From contig NC_068998.1 of the NCBI RefSeq assembly GCF_001194135.2, forward strand, positions 37,481,360 to 37,516,891: DNA of 35,532 bases, in the 5' to 3' direction. Made by a program: the position numbers and the translations under genes. Shown one piece after another: positions 1-11,241 of this stretch. The notes beneath the pieces are model-generated. The model saw nothing but the letters and a program-made list of their open reading frames with translations, had not been told where the DNA came from and did no database searches. How positions within the stretch are numbered: the first letter of the stretch is position 1; every line of letters begins with the position of its first letter. The stretch comes from Octopus bimaculoides. Its lineage: Eukaryota.

Positions 1-59
1 TATATATATATACTAGAGACACGCGGAAAAGTTATTGAGAGCTAAATGGATGTGTATAT

Positions 60-99
<40 letters not shown>

Positions 100-1449
100 T
101 TGTGTGTCTGTTGTGTTTGTGTGTTAGTAGGTATGTGCGGAATGCGTGTATGTGGTGTGTGTCTGCTTTCACATGCCAGTGCGTTAGTGTATTCACCTAT
201 GCTGTGTGAGTGTCTGTGCGTATGCATGTGCGTGTGTGTGTGTGTGTGTGTGTGTGCATTTAAGTATGTATGTATGTATGTATGTATGTATGTTTGTGTG
301 AATGAATGTATCTGAGGTGAAAGCTATCGCTTATTTCTCTGTATACACAGACATACGTATTTAAACATAGACGTATATATATATATATATATATATATAT
401 GCATATCCATAAATATAAATATAGATACATACGCACACACATATATGCATACACACACACATACATACATACATGCCAAAGTGTGTGTGTGTGTTCGTAT
501 TTATGATTTTGTGTGTGTATGCGTATCTTGATGATCTTTTCCGAGAAGTTTTCAATCATAAATGCTTATATATATTAATGATAAACGCAGATACATGTTG
601 TGCTCATGCTTACGCAATGTATGCGTGTGCGTATCTGTACGTGTACATACATACACACACACACACGCAAATATACAAACGTAATACATATATACGTGTA
701 CACATACATACATACATACATATAAACATATATTTATATATGTAAGTACATATGTGATTACATGCTTATATATGGATGTAAGCTTCTGTAAATGTTTTTT
801 TCTTTCAACGTGGGATATATACGCATGCCTGTGTATGGGAGTGTGAATGCGTGTGTATGTATGTGTATTAATGCATGTGCATATATCTGTATGTGTAGAA
901 GAAAACGACAAATGCAGATAAATGGTAGGAGGAGGAAGAGGAGGTGGTAAGAAGAAGAACACTGAACGTATAATGGTACTCCGTATCCCAACATTTCATG
1001 GAAGTATTCAAAATTAAATTGATTAAAATACACAAAGTATTCATTCATACATACATACATGCATGCGTGCAGAGATAACATATATACGTTATATATATAT
1101 ATATATATNNNNNNNNNNNNNNNNNNNNNNNNNNNNNNNNNNNNNNNNNNNNNNNNNNNNNNNNNNNNNNNNNNNNNNNNNNNNNNNNNNNNNNNNNNNN
1201 NNNNNNNNNNNNNNNNNNNNNNNNNNNNNNNNNNNNNNNNNNNNNNNNNNNNNNNNNNNNNNNNNNNNNNNNNNNNNNNNNNNNNNNNNNNNNNNNNNNN
1301 NNNNNNNNNNNNNNNNNNNNNNNNNNNNNNNNNNNNNNNNNNNNNNNNNNNNNNNNNNNNNNNNNNNNNNNNNNNNNNNNNNNNNNNNNNNNNNNNNNNN
1401 NNNNNNNNNNNNNNNNNNNNNNNNNNNNNNNNNNNNNNNNNNNNATATA

Positions 1450-1486
<37 letters not shown>

Positions 1487-1634
1487 ACATACACACACAT
1501 ACATATATATATGCGTATATATACGCACATATAAGCATACATACTTACATACATACATAAAGAGTGATTACAACACTACCTGCTGAATGAATATTGATTA
1601 AAAATATACACATGCATATTGTATAAATGTATAT

Positions 1635-1671
<37 letters not shown>

Positions 1672-1896
1672 AACACACACAAAGATATATATGCGCGCGC
1701 GTATGTGTGTGCTTGTGTGTGTAAATGTAACTATACGTTTGTATGTTTGTGTAGGCATCTATGTATAAATATATATATATGTGTCTGCATATTTGTGTAT
1801 CTATGTGTTTGTGGGTGTACAAATGTGCGTGTGTGTGCTTGCGTGCGTGTTTGTGTATGTGTATGTGAGTGTGTGTGTGTGAGTATGTGCGTGTAG
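1..1896. repeat. Compound microsatellite field (TA)n/(TG)n/(TATG)n/(CA)n, including N-gap 1109-1444
   Basis: Directly visible simple repeats. Confidence 0.97.
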
Positions 1897-2206
1897 GAAA
1901 AACAGCCTGACAGCGTCAACATTCTCAATTGTTCCTGAAGCAGACAATAGCAAGCAGGAACGTTCACCACAGCTCACAGAACAATACTGCAGGCAGTTTA
2001 TGTTAGCAGTGAGAGCAACAACTGCAGGCTGTCTCTATACTGCACACTGAATGACATCAATATGCAGTGAGTGTTTGGCTGGCTCCATACTGCTACTATA
2101 CTTCTTCTTACGCATTCTCTACAACTTTTGACATTTTAGCACTGATATTATGGGTTGGTTCGCTGAGAAGTGAGTCTATAAAACCGATTTTGACTTTGAT
2201 TCTCAT

Positions 2207-2406
2207 ATTAGTTTCAAATTGTGGCCCAAGGCCAGCAACTTGGGGGAGTGGTTAAGTCGACATCATCGACACCAGTATTCAACAGGTATTTGTTTTATGG
2301 ACCCCAAAAGGATGAAAGCCAAAGTGAACCTCGGCGAAATTTGAACTCAGAACATAGAGAGGATCGAGATGCTGCTAAGCATTTTGCCTGGCATGTTAAC
2401 GATTCT
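2207..2406 (-). mobile_element. tRNA-derived SINE, type B (head GGCGGCGAGCTGGCAGAA-like), diverged
   Basis: Plus strand shows AAAGGATGAAAGCCAAAGTGAACCTCGGCGAAATTTGAACTCAG, i.e. B-box GAGTTCAAATT on the minus strand; homologous to the copies at 2410, 2625, 21815 and 25661. Confidence 0.85.
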
Positions 2407-2409
2407 TAT

Positions 2410-2624
2410 GTTTTTATTGCCAACAGGGGCCTAAACATAGAGGGGACAAACAAGAATAGAGAAAGGGATTAATTCGATTATATCGACCCCAGTGCGTGAC
2501 TAGTACTTAATTTATCGACCCGGAAAGGATGAAAGGCAAAGTCGACCTCGGCGGAATTTGAACTCAGAACGTAACGGCAGACGAAATACCGCTAACCGTG
2601 CTAACGGTTCTGCCGGCTCACCGC
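2410..2624 (-). mobile_element. tRNA-derived SINE, type B
   Basis: ATCGACCCCAG...TTTATCGACCCGGAAAGGATGAAAGGCAAAGTCGACCTCGGCGGAATTTGAACTCAGAACGTAA...CTAACGGTTCTGCC; Pol III A/B-box-like head on the minus strand. Confidence 0.9.
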
Positions 2625-2830
2625 TTTTGGCTTCAAATTTTTGCACAAAACCAGCAATTTCGGGGGAGGGTTAAGTCGATCACAAGTCGGCTGGTTCTTG
2701 TTTTATTGACCCGAAAAGGAAAATTGGCAAAATCAACCTCGGTGGAATTTGAACCCAGGGCGTAAATACTCACGAGATGCCGTTTACCATTTTGTCCAAC
2801 GTGCAAACGATCCTGCCAGTCAGTCACCTT
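2625..2830 (-). mobile_element. tRNA-derived SINE, type B, diverged
   Basis: Aligns by eye with the two adjacent copies (CAACCTCGGTGGAATTTGAACCCAG; ACGATCCTGCCAG). Confidence 0.8.
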
Positions 2831-3000
2831 AGATCTTTGTGTTTTTTTTTTTTTCTCAAATTGAAAGTTATTACTAATGATATTTGGAAGTGCATGAACG
2901 ACACGACGTGTAATTTTCTTTATCCTTTCTAGTTCAGGTATTTCGTCCATGGACAGCTTTCATTGGTAAATCTGAAGTGTTTCCATGAGAACTTTTATAT

Positions 3001-3130
3001 TTTATTTTTTACTTGATCTAATCATTGGATTGCAGCAGGGCCGTAATCCAATAAAAAGTTCAGTCAATCAAATCAAACACTTTACTTATATTTAAAACAC
3101 TTGTACTTATTCTATCATTTTCTGAACCGG
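3001..3130 (-). mobile_element. Degenerate 3' fragment of type A SINE
   Basis: TTTTTACTTGATCTAATCATTGGATTGCAG and GTACTTATTCTATC match the 3' part of the copy at 4400-4704. Confidence 0.5.
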
Positions 3131-3138
3131 ATGAGACA

Positions 3139-3290
3139 TTGTGTTATTTAGCAAAACACATCATTTCACGTTGCTCCGGTCCACTCAGCTAGCAAAAGTG
3201 AGTAACCCTGCGACAGACCGGCGTCCCGTCTTGGGGAAACTATATATATACGCCACGTAAACCAGGTAACTGGGAATCCGGGGAACCTGT
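3139..3290 (+). mobile_element. 5'-truncated SINE sharing its central domain with type C
   Basis: TTTCACGTTGCTCCGGTCCACTCAGCTAGCAAAAGTGAGTA is nearly identical to about 10973-11013; the 3' part differs. Confidence 0.7.
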
Positions 3291-4399
3291 TATATGACAC
3301 GAGATGACTCAAGATGGATTTTTATCCTTTTTTATGCTTTATGTTACAGTAGCTTGTAGTGTTGAGATGTACCTCACCATTTAGCTTCTCTATGGCAATC
3401 ACAACTTTAGGAGGGATGGGCATTGCATTTGAAAAACAGTCTCACGGCATAAACATTTTCAGTTGTTTCTGAAGCAGACAATAATGCAAAAATAATTTAT
3501 ATTAACCTTAATTGGTGATTGCTTTATTATTGGCTCCCCACCAGTTTCGAAGAATAGTGTGGATGGGGGAAGAATGTATCACCAGAAATGGAAAGCTGGT
3601 CCGAATGTTTGTAACGGAGTAAATTTCACGAAAGTTACCCTAGCTACTAGGAGGTGATGTTAAAGAGGGCAAAGAGCTTAAGTCTACCAAACAAGTAGAT
3701 TATGGCGGGATTTGAACTCTGAACGCAAAGAGCCGAAAAACGAACCACAAGGTATCCAATCCAAAGTTTTTAGAGTTCCCCGAAAGGATGAAAGACAGGA
3801 AAATGTCACACCACATGCAAGAAAGCAAAATATCAAAAGCTGGGACGGAATCTAACTTCATTGCAGCACGGGATCAAGTCCTACACATCAGAACGGCCAA
3901 AAGGTGAATATATAAAGTAACTTCTGGCTATGAGAAGGACTGAGAAGAAAGAATAAGCCACATTGTCTTTACCATTTCAGATATAAAAGGGATGAGACTA
4001 TCATACACTGGAAGTCGTGGCCGCGTTATGAGAAACTAACAGAAATAAGGTAGTATAAATATTATGAAAACGCCTCGAAGAACGACAATGCAACCACATT
4101 CTGTGCGGCACAAATGCATACATATAGGGATATCAAGGCTATTTCGTCGGATACTGTCTGAGTTAACCGTTTAAAAATAAAATGGAAGAGTTATTTTTAT
4201 CAAAGTTTCAGTCGCAATGGTCGATGATGTATCTTTAAAAGAAATCGTTAGATTATCCGTGCATAATAATGGTGAAATAGAAATAAATAGAATCCGAGAA
4301 CTAATAGCAAAAACGATTCAGATTAATGATGACTGCCTTAGAAATAATTACAAAAAAACATTCACACAAATATATAGTCAACATCTCAAGAATTACATA

Positions 4400-4704
4400 T
4401 TCTTTTACTTGTTTCAGTCATTTGACAGCGGCCATGCTGAAGCAGCACCTTGAAGGGTTCTAGTCGAACCAATCGACCTTAGGACTCATGCTTTGTAAGC
4501 CTAGTACTTATTCTATCGGTTTCTTTCGCCGAACTGCTAGGTTACTGAAACGTAAACACAGCANNNNNNNNNNTTTTTCAGTTTTCGTGTACCAAATCCA
4601 CTCACAAGGCTTTGGTCGGCCCGGGTCTATAGTAGAAGACACTTGCCCTAGGTGCCACGCAGCGGGATTGAATAGGGAACCATAGGGTTCTTACCACGCA
4701 GCCT
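4400..4704 (-). mobile_element. tRNA-derived SINE, type A (head GGCGCAGG...), with a 10-N gap at its internal microsatellite
   Basis: Reverse-complement match to 26192-26537 and 30142-30570 (CACTTGCCC..GGTGCCACGCAG; CTAGTACTTATTCTATCGGT; GGCCATGCTG). Confidence 0.9.
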
Positions 4705-4837
4705 ATGTATAAATAATGCAAAATAATAATTCTAGTCCTTTGCAAATATGATACATACACAACTTTCAGTTCAGTTATACCCAAGGGGATCAAGAGCCGC
4801 TGTGGAAATAAGCAATGAATATAAGACAAATTAAATA

Positions 4838-4874
4838 CTGCTACTACTGCTGCTGCTACCACTACTACTACTAC

Positions 4875-4926
<52 letters not shown>
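4838..4926. repeat. (ACT/GCT)n followed by (AAT)n microsatellite
   Basis: Visible. Confidence 0.95.
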
Positions 4927-5448
4927 TCTTTCTTTATTGGCCACCACAAAACATATAGGATGATACACAGACGAGGGACAGTGAGGTTAAACGTGTAGAC
5001 AGCCAACAAACACAACGATTAACAAAGAGATTAAATCAACAATATGCTTCCTATATAGGGGGGGGGGGGGGTTCCACCGTAAGGTAACCAAAGAGACCTC
5101 ACGCACTTTTGGACCTCTTAACACCAACGGGCACCCACCCCCTAACCGGCCTACAGGCGCACATTTAGAGTAGGCCCATTCACGCGGGCCATTCTTGCCA
5201 CATTCACCCACCTTACTGGGTGTCAGCATCTCCCTCTCCAGCCTCACTTTCTTTTTTAGGTGGAACCTGAAAAAGTTAATGAGGACTTGGCCAAAGAGGA
5301 AGGCACCCGTCTTCAAACCTTTCAATTGCATTCACCGCACAACCTCTTTTGCTATAGCCAGCAGAGAGAGAGCAAAATTGCTCTCCCTTTCCGGCCAAAG
5401 GAAGAAGGCGGGGCGATCTTTACAATGGACTCGGACAACAGCCGGATC
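4927..5448 (-). mobile_element. 5'-truncated Tx1/L1-like non-LTR retrotransposon 3' end (ORF2 C-terminus plus 3' UTR)
   Basis: Minus-strand translation AILLSLLAIAKEVVR*MQLKGLKTGAFLFGQVLINFFRFHLKKKVRLEREML resembles the Tx1-clade ORF2 C-terminal helix; AATAAA (plus 4933-4938) is followed by an (ATT)n tail. Confidence 0.65.
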
Positions 5449-5468
5449 AATAATAATAATAATAATAA

Positions 5469-5499
<31 letters not shown>

Positions 5500-5517
5500 A
5501 AGAAGAAGAAGAAGAAG
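5449..5517. repeat. (AAT)n(AAG)n compound microsatellite
   Basis: Visible. Confidence 0.95.
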
Positions 5518-5519
5518 AG

Positions 5520-5625
5520 TTTCTGCTAAGGGCTCAAGGCCTGAAATCTGAAGTTTGAGGGGAGGAGACTAGACGATTACATCGACCCCAGTATTTCATT
5601 AGTACTTAATTTATCGACCCCGAAA
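5520..5625 (-). mobile_element. Type B SINE, 3' half
   Basis: CGATTACATCGACCCCAGTA...AGTACTTAATTTATCGACCCCGAAA. Confidence 0.8.
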
Positions 5626-5654
5626 TTTTTCGCTTTTCTTTGGTGGTGGTGATG

Positions 5655-5810
5655 GAGCGGTTGCTCGATTGCATCGACTCTGTGTCAACTCCGGTACTCA
5701 TTTCATCTACCCCAAGAGGATGAAAAACAAACTCGACCTTGGTGGAATATGAACTCAGAAGAAATGCTGCTTAGCATTTCAACCGATGCGTTAACGATTC
5801 TGCCACCTCA
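5655..5810 (-). mobile_element. Type B SINE, diverged
   Basis: GAGGATGAAAAACAAACTCGACCTTGGTGGAATATGAACTCAGAA...TAACGATTCTGCCA. Confidence 0.75.
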
Positions 5811-5859
5811 ATTCTTTCAAACTAAAATGTACGTTTGTGATTTTAATCCTGGTTTCTTG

Positions 5860-6050
5860 TTTAGGCACAAAGCTAGAAATTTTAATAAGAGGGGTTTAAT
5901 CTGTGCCATCGATCACAGCAATAAAGTGGCGCCTGTAATTTATCGACCCTGGTAGAAAGAAAAGCAAAGTTCACCTTGACCAAGTTTGAAACCGAAGTAT
6001 ACAGAGCCTAAAACGAAAACTGCACAGCAGTTTTTCAAACGCTCCAACAC
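5860..6050 (-). mobile_element. Type B SINE, highly diverged
   Basis: TTTAGGCACAAAG...AATTTATCGACCC...AAAGCAAAGTTCACCTTG..TTTGAAACC. Confidence 0.6.
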
Positions 6051-6243
6051 TTTTAAATGTTTTATTTTTATGGCGTTCTGTTACTAAAATAAAGAACCTT
6101 TTACTTATCTTCACAAATTATCAACATAATTCACTATTTCTAACGCAGCAAATCGAGGTTCACTGTTATGTGCTGGTAGCACTGGATAAGATCAGTCGTT
6201 AACCTTACATACGCACACCCGCCCACGATGGTAGGCGCACGCA

Positions 6244-6297
<54 letters not shown>

Positions 6298-7029
6298 NNN
6301 NNNNNNNNNNNNNNNNNNNNNNNNNNNNNNNNNNNNNNNNNNNNNNNNNNNNNNNNNNNNNNNNNNNNNNNNNNNNNNNNNNNNNNNNNNNNNNNNNNNN
6401 NNNNNNNNNNNNNNNNNNNNNNNNNNNNNNNNNNNNNNNNNNNNNNNNNNNNNNNNNNNNNNNNNNNNNNNNNNNNNNNNNNNNNNNNNNNNNNNNNNNN
6501 NNNNNNNNNNNNNNNNNNNNNNNNNNNNNNNNNNNNNNNNNNNNNNNNNNNNNNNNNNNNNNNNNNNNNNNNNNNNNNNNNNNNNNNNNNNNNNNNNNNN
6601 NNNNNNNNNNNNNNNNNNNNNNNNNNNNNNNNNNNNNNNNNNNNNNNNNNNNNNNNNNNNNNNNNNNNNNNNNNNNNNNNNNNNNNNNNNNNNNNNNNNN
6701 NNNNNNNNNNNNNNNNNNNNNNNNNNNNNNNNNNNNNNNNNNNNNNNNNNNNNNNNNNNNNNNNNNNNNNNNNNNNNNNNNNNNNNNNNNNNNNNNNNNN
6801 NNNNNNNNNNNNNNNNNNNNNNNNNNNNNNNNNNNNNNNNNNNNNNNNNNNNNNNNNNNNNNNNNNNNNNNNNNNNNNNNNNNNNNNNNNNNNNNNNNNN
6901 NNNNNNNNNNNNNNNNNNNNNNNNNNNNNNNNNNNNNNNNNNNNNNNNNNNNNNNNNNNNNNNNNNNNNNNNNNNNNNNNNNNNNNNNNNNNNNNNNNNN
7001 NNNNNNNNNNNNNNNNNNNNNNNNNNNNN

Positions 7030-7061
<32 letters not shown>

Positions 7062-7530
7062 GAGGGACAAAGAGTGAAACAGAGAGAGAGTGGGGAAAGA
7101 AAGAGAGAGGACACATAGACTAGCTTTCGAGCTAGTGAATAGACATGGAAATAGATACAAATGTATTTATGCTTATATCTCCGATATATATGATTAGGTG
7201 TTTGTATATGTAATATACACACACACATATTTGTTAATACGCTGATGTATATTCATAAATATACATGCACACACACGCACATACACACACACATATATAT
7301 ATATATATACGTACACACACATCTATAAGTATATATATATGGAGATTACAACTCGTTCATTTCATACTATAAGAGAATATGAAGATAGATGGAGAATGGA
7401 GTAGGGCTTCTGTGAAGAATTACATCCTGTTGAATTCTCCTGTAGCTAGCGATGCCATATATCTTCAGTTCTATCTCGGGAACGACAGTGCTAAGTGGTT
7501 TAAGTTCTGCAGAGTATTAGTTCCTATGTT

Positions 7531-7582
<52 letters not shown>

Positions 7583-8335
7583 ATTACCCATCCAAAAGAT
7601 ACATTGTGCTATATCTTAAGACGTTTACTCATAGAAGAAGGACGAAACAGGTTGCTGTTGGAAACGAGGGTCAAAATAGTATCCGGTGGTGATGATGATG
7701 ATGACGATGATGATGAAAATGATGATACTGGTGGGTGGAGGATGAAGACGATGTTGATGGCGANNNNNNNNNNNNNNNNNNNNNNNNNNNNNNNNNNNNN
7801 NNNNNNNNNNNNNNNNNNNNNNNNNNNNNNNNNNNNNNNNNNNNNNNNNNNNNNNNNNNNNNNATGCATAAATTATTTAAAATACGTCATCTTACACGTT
7901 TTCCGATGAAGATAACTGTCGGCCGAATTATGCAAACCGTGCCAATAATGCTTTGTAATTTGTGTGTGTATCAGCCGAACAAGGTGACAAAGAAGGAGTT
8001 TGTTACATCTTTGATGGCCAGTTACAATTGTTTTGGCGTTACTCTGCTTCTAACGCAACAACAAGAAGCGTGTAAAAAGGCACATAGTATTTGCGGTGTA
8101 AAACATTACGGTAGCTCATCATCAGATTTACATTAATGAAGCCCTTAGATTACATTATATTTTACTCTTTGCAAAAACCTATGCATTGATCCTACCTGAT
8201 ATTACACCTGGATTGTCTACACCCGAAGAATTTCGATCTTACTTAAGACTATAATCCGAGACTGTAGATAATACGAAGCTCGGGTTGAGCGCTGCATTGG
8301 AAATACTCCATCCTTCTATCCTTCCACGACCTAAA

Positions 8336-8417
8336 TGCATGTATGTATGTATGTATGTATGTATGTATGTATGTATGTATGTATGTATCCATGTATGCAT
8401 GTATGTATGTATGTATG
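8336..8417. repeat. (TATG)n microsatellite
   Basis: Visible. Confidence 0.95.
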
Positions 8418-9559
8418 CTTGTATGAACTTTCTTCGAGTATAATTAAAGTTTTTGAGAGAGTTCAAGCCGGTTGCTAACAGAGCGACAAAACTTTTTGAG
8501 TTAATAGAGACCGGGTGTTTGTAAATATGTGGTTGAGTTAGTCTGTTGTTTGAACTGTTGATGTATGCATCCAAGTATGCGCAACTATTCACATAAGAAT
8601 CTCACATGAAGAATTTTTAGATATTTGTTGTGCCACTTATAGATTGGATTTGGGAAATCCGCGTCAGTTTCTTTTGCTCTTTTTCTGTGACACTATGTAT
8701 TTCTATGTCTTTGTGAAGCTTGTTGGTACATAACAATTAATGTACCAATGATGATAGGTACCAATGAGAATTCATACTCAGGGTACAAGAGCCATCATTT
8801 CCGCATTAATTTGCTATAAATGTTCTTTTTTCCTGGATTTTGATTGCACTTGTACGTATTTATGTATGTATGTATGTATGTATGTATGTATGTATGTACG
8901 TATGTATGTTAGCATCTTTAATGATTCAAAAATAAGCAAATTATACAGTACTGAATACAATAGTAGAATTCCATACCACAATACAATATAAAAGCTAACA
9001 CAATTATAATTTGGAAACATTCGACTCAAATTTCAATTTTACGATTTCTTCAGAGAAGTCTTCATGTTAATCCTAAAGAAATCACAAAACTGAAACTTCG
9101 ATTCAATAATTCTAAATTTAGTATTACCTTATCATATTTTAATGTATATATATTTTTACGCGTTTCCATGTTCGTTAAAATAAATCTTTATCAAAATACT
9201 AAATTGTAGCATGAATTTTACATTAAACCACTGTATCAGTGGTTCTGCATTCTTTTTATGCATACTCTCTAATTATAGCAAAATGTAGTTATCACAAGAA
9301 AGAGACGAAACGAAGCATAATGATTCGAAAAATTATACTTTCGCATAGGTGCACGTGAGATGGGAAGTACTGAAATGAAACTGAATTGATTTGAAATAAT
9401 TGTATTTTGAATTCTTAGAGAAGTTCACACGCGCACGGACACATACACACGCACACATATCTATGTATATACACATACATATACTTTCGTGCGCATACAT
9501 ATATATATATGTGTGTGTGTGTATGTGTGTGTGTGTATATATATAGTTGAAATTTACAG

Positions 9560-9720
9560 ACAAACAAAAGACGGAGACAGGTGTATAAACAACAAGCAAG
9601 TGTATTATTTTGACGCTCGGGAAGGTGAGAAAGTCTTTTACGTTTCGAGCCTACGCTCTTCAACAGAAAGGAACACGAGGAAATAAACAAAGAGAGAATA
9701 AAAAAAAACTTGTGGATTTA
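9560..9720 (-). mobile_element. Probable PLE pseudo-LTR remnant
   Basis: Carries a minimal hammerhead-like motif, which is typical of PLE pLTRs; boundaries are approximate. Confidence 0.45.
9635..9670 (-). ncRNA. Minimal type-I hammerhead ribozyme-like motif (A6U core variant)
   Basis: Minus strand reads CUUU-CUGUUGA-A-GAGC[GUAG]GCUC-GAA-ACGU-A-AAAG: stem I CUUU/AAAG, stem II 4 bp, palindromic stem III ACGU, GUA cleavage triplet. Confidence 0.6.
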
Positions 9721-10082
9721 GCGGTCATTCATGGTGATTGGCTGGAAAAGGTAATTGGACAGGAGAGCTAGGAAGGAGGGGAGATAATAAAGTACTAGGG
9801 ATCCCAAAACGAAGATGCACGTGCGTGTGTGTGTGTCTGTGTCTGTGTGTGCGTGTGAGTGTGTAAGTGTGTGCGTGTGGATAGGGGCTAGTGACTTTAA
9901 CGTGTAGATGTGCTTGGAAGTGGTCAGTGCCAGTTCGTGTGTGAAGTGGTGTTGGGTGGTGTGATGTGGTGTGGAGATGTAGGGGTGTGAAGATGTGTGG
10001 GGTGGAGTGTGGATGGAGGGAGTATCAATGAAGGGAGAAGGTGTGTAGGAGTGAAGAGAGGAATATATATATATGTGTATAC

Positions 10083-10138
10083 TCTTTTACTCTTTTATTT
10101 GTTTCAGTCCTTTGACTGCGGCCATGCTGGAGCACCGA
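10083..10138 (-). mobile_element. Solo 3' end of type A SINE
   Basis: TGTTTCAGTCCTTTGACTGCGGCCATGCTGGAGCACCG matches the reverse complement of 30520-30560. Confidence 0.85.
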
Positions 10139-10150
10139 TATATATATATA

Positions 10151-10820
10151 TATTGAATTATGAATTACAAGCAGCGCTAGTGTTGTAAGCATTATAGACC
10201 CCACATAATGCATGTACCTTGCTTGTTAATCGGTAGGCTGTGAATTAGCACGGTGAAGATGACTCCTTCAAAGCGCTGGGTGCCAATACTCCTGAAAGTC
10301 AAAGAGAGATAAGACAAGTCATCCCATTCAGGGGCGATGGACATCGATGTTTTCCCATTGTTGTGGCTTATCAACATCACGTATCTGAACCGAACTGGAA
10401 GCCACCTGAATCACCAGTCTATGACTATATACAAATAGTGCAAAAAACCATTTGCTGCTGTGCCACGACTATGGAATACGTAAGAATAAATTCAGTAATG
10501 AACTAAGAGCAACATTAGTGGTGTGAACATTATCGACCGCATACACTCAACGTATGTGCATTGCTTGTCCGTTGGTTGGCTGAGATGTAGTGCAGTGAGT
10601 TTCAGGTACGTTGATAAACCATAATAATGGCGGCACATTTATGTCTATCGATCCTGAATAGGGTTTGGCGCGAGTTGCATGTGTTTCAACACCCGGCGCT
10701 TTAAGAGAGTCGTCCCCACCGCGCTACGCACTGCCTCCCGACGAACAAAGTACATATATTGCATATGAGTGGTCGATAATGTTTACAACAGTAGCGCTGC
10801 TTCTAATTCATATTAGAACA
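10151..10820. mobile_element. Non-autonomous TIR DNA transposon, superfamily uncertain
   Basis: Left TATGAATTACAAGCAGCGCTAGTGTTGTAAGCATTATAGACC matches the reverse complement of right TATGAATTAGAAGCAGCGCTACTGTTGTAAACATTATCGACC; a partial internal repeat of the TIR lies at about 10520-10545. Confidence 0.7.
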
Positions 10821-10870
10821 AACTAAGCACATACATTGAATATGTGTGCTCGATAACATATATATAATAT

Positions 10871-11194
10871 GGTGAAGGCGCGTGGCTTAGTGGTTAGGGC
10901 ATTCGGCTCATGATTGTAAGGTCGCGAGTTCAATTCCCGGTGGCATGTTGTGTCCTTGAGCAAGACACTTTATTTCACGTTGCTCCAGTCCACTCAGCTG
11001 GCAGAAATGAGTAGTACCTGTATTTCAAAGAGCCGGCCTTGTTACACTTTGTGTCACGCTGAGTCTCCCGGAGAACTACGTTGAGGGTACACGTGTCTGT
11101 GGATTGCTCAGCCACTTGCACGTTAATTTCACGAGCAGGCTGTTCCGTTGATCGTATCAGCTGGGACCCTCGTTGTCGTAACCGACGGAGTGCT

Positions 11195-11196
<2 letters not shown>
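10871..11196 (+). mobile_element. Full-length tRNA-derived SINE, type C, followed by (TA)n
   Basis: A-box TGGCTTAGTGG, B-box GAGTTCAATTC, central GTGTCCTTGAGCAAGACACTT domain, then a long non-tRNA body. Confidence 0.9.

Positions 11197-11241
<45 letters not shown>

Noticed and set aside
3378-3468. Minus-strand exon-like segment with TTCAG acceptor and GTGAG donor
   Set aside because: Stops in all three frames, and it overlaps a dispersed repeat
2207-6050. CRISPR-like repeat-spacer array
   Set aside because: The repeats are about 200-nt SINE copies with no constant short repeat, in a eukaryotic context
7864-8136. Non-repetitive ORF after a gap
   Set aside because: No recognisable homology
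10871-10945. tRNA gene
   Set aside because: A/B boxes are present but no convincing cloverleaf, and the sequence continues into a 250-nt SINE body
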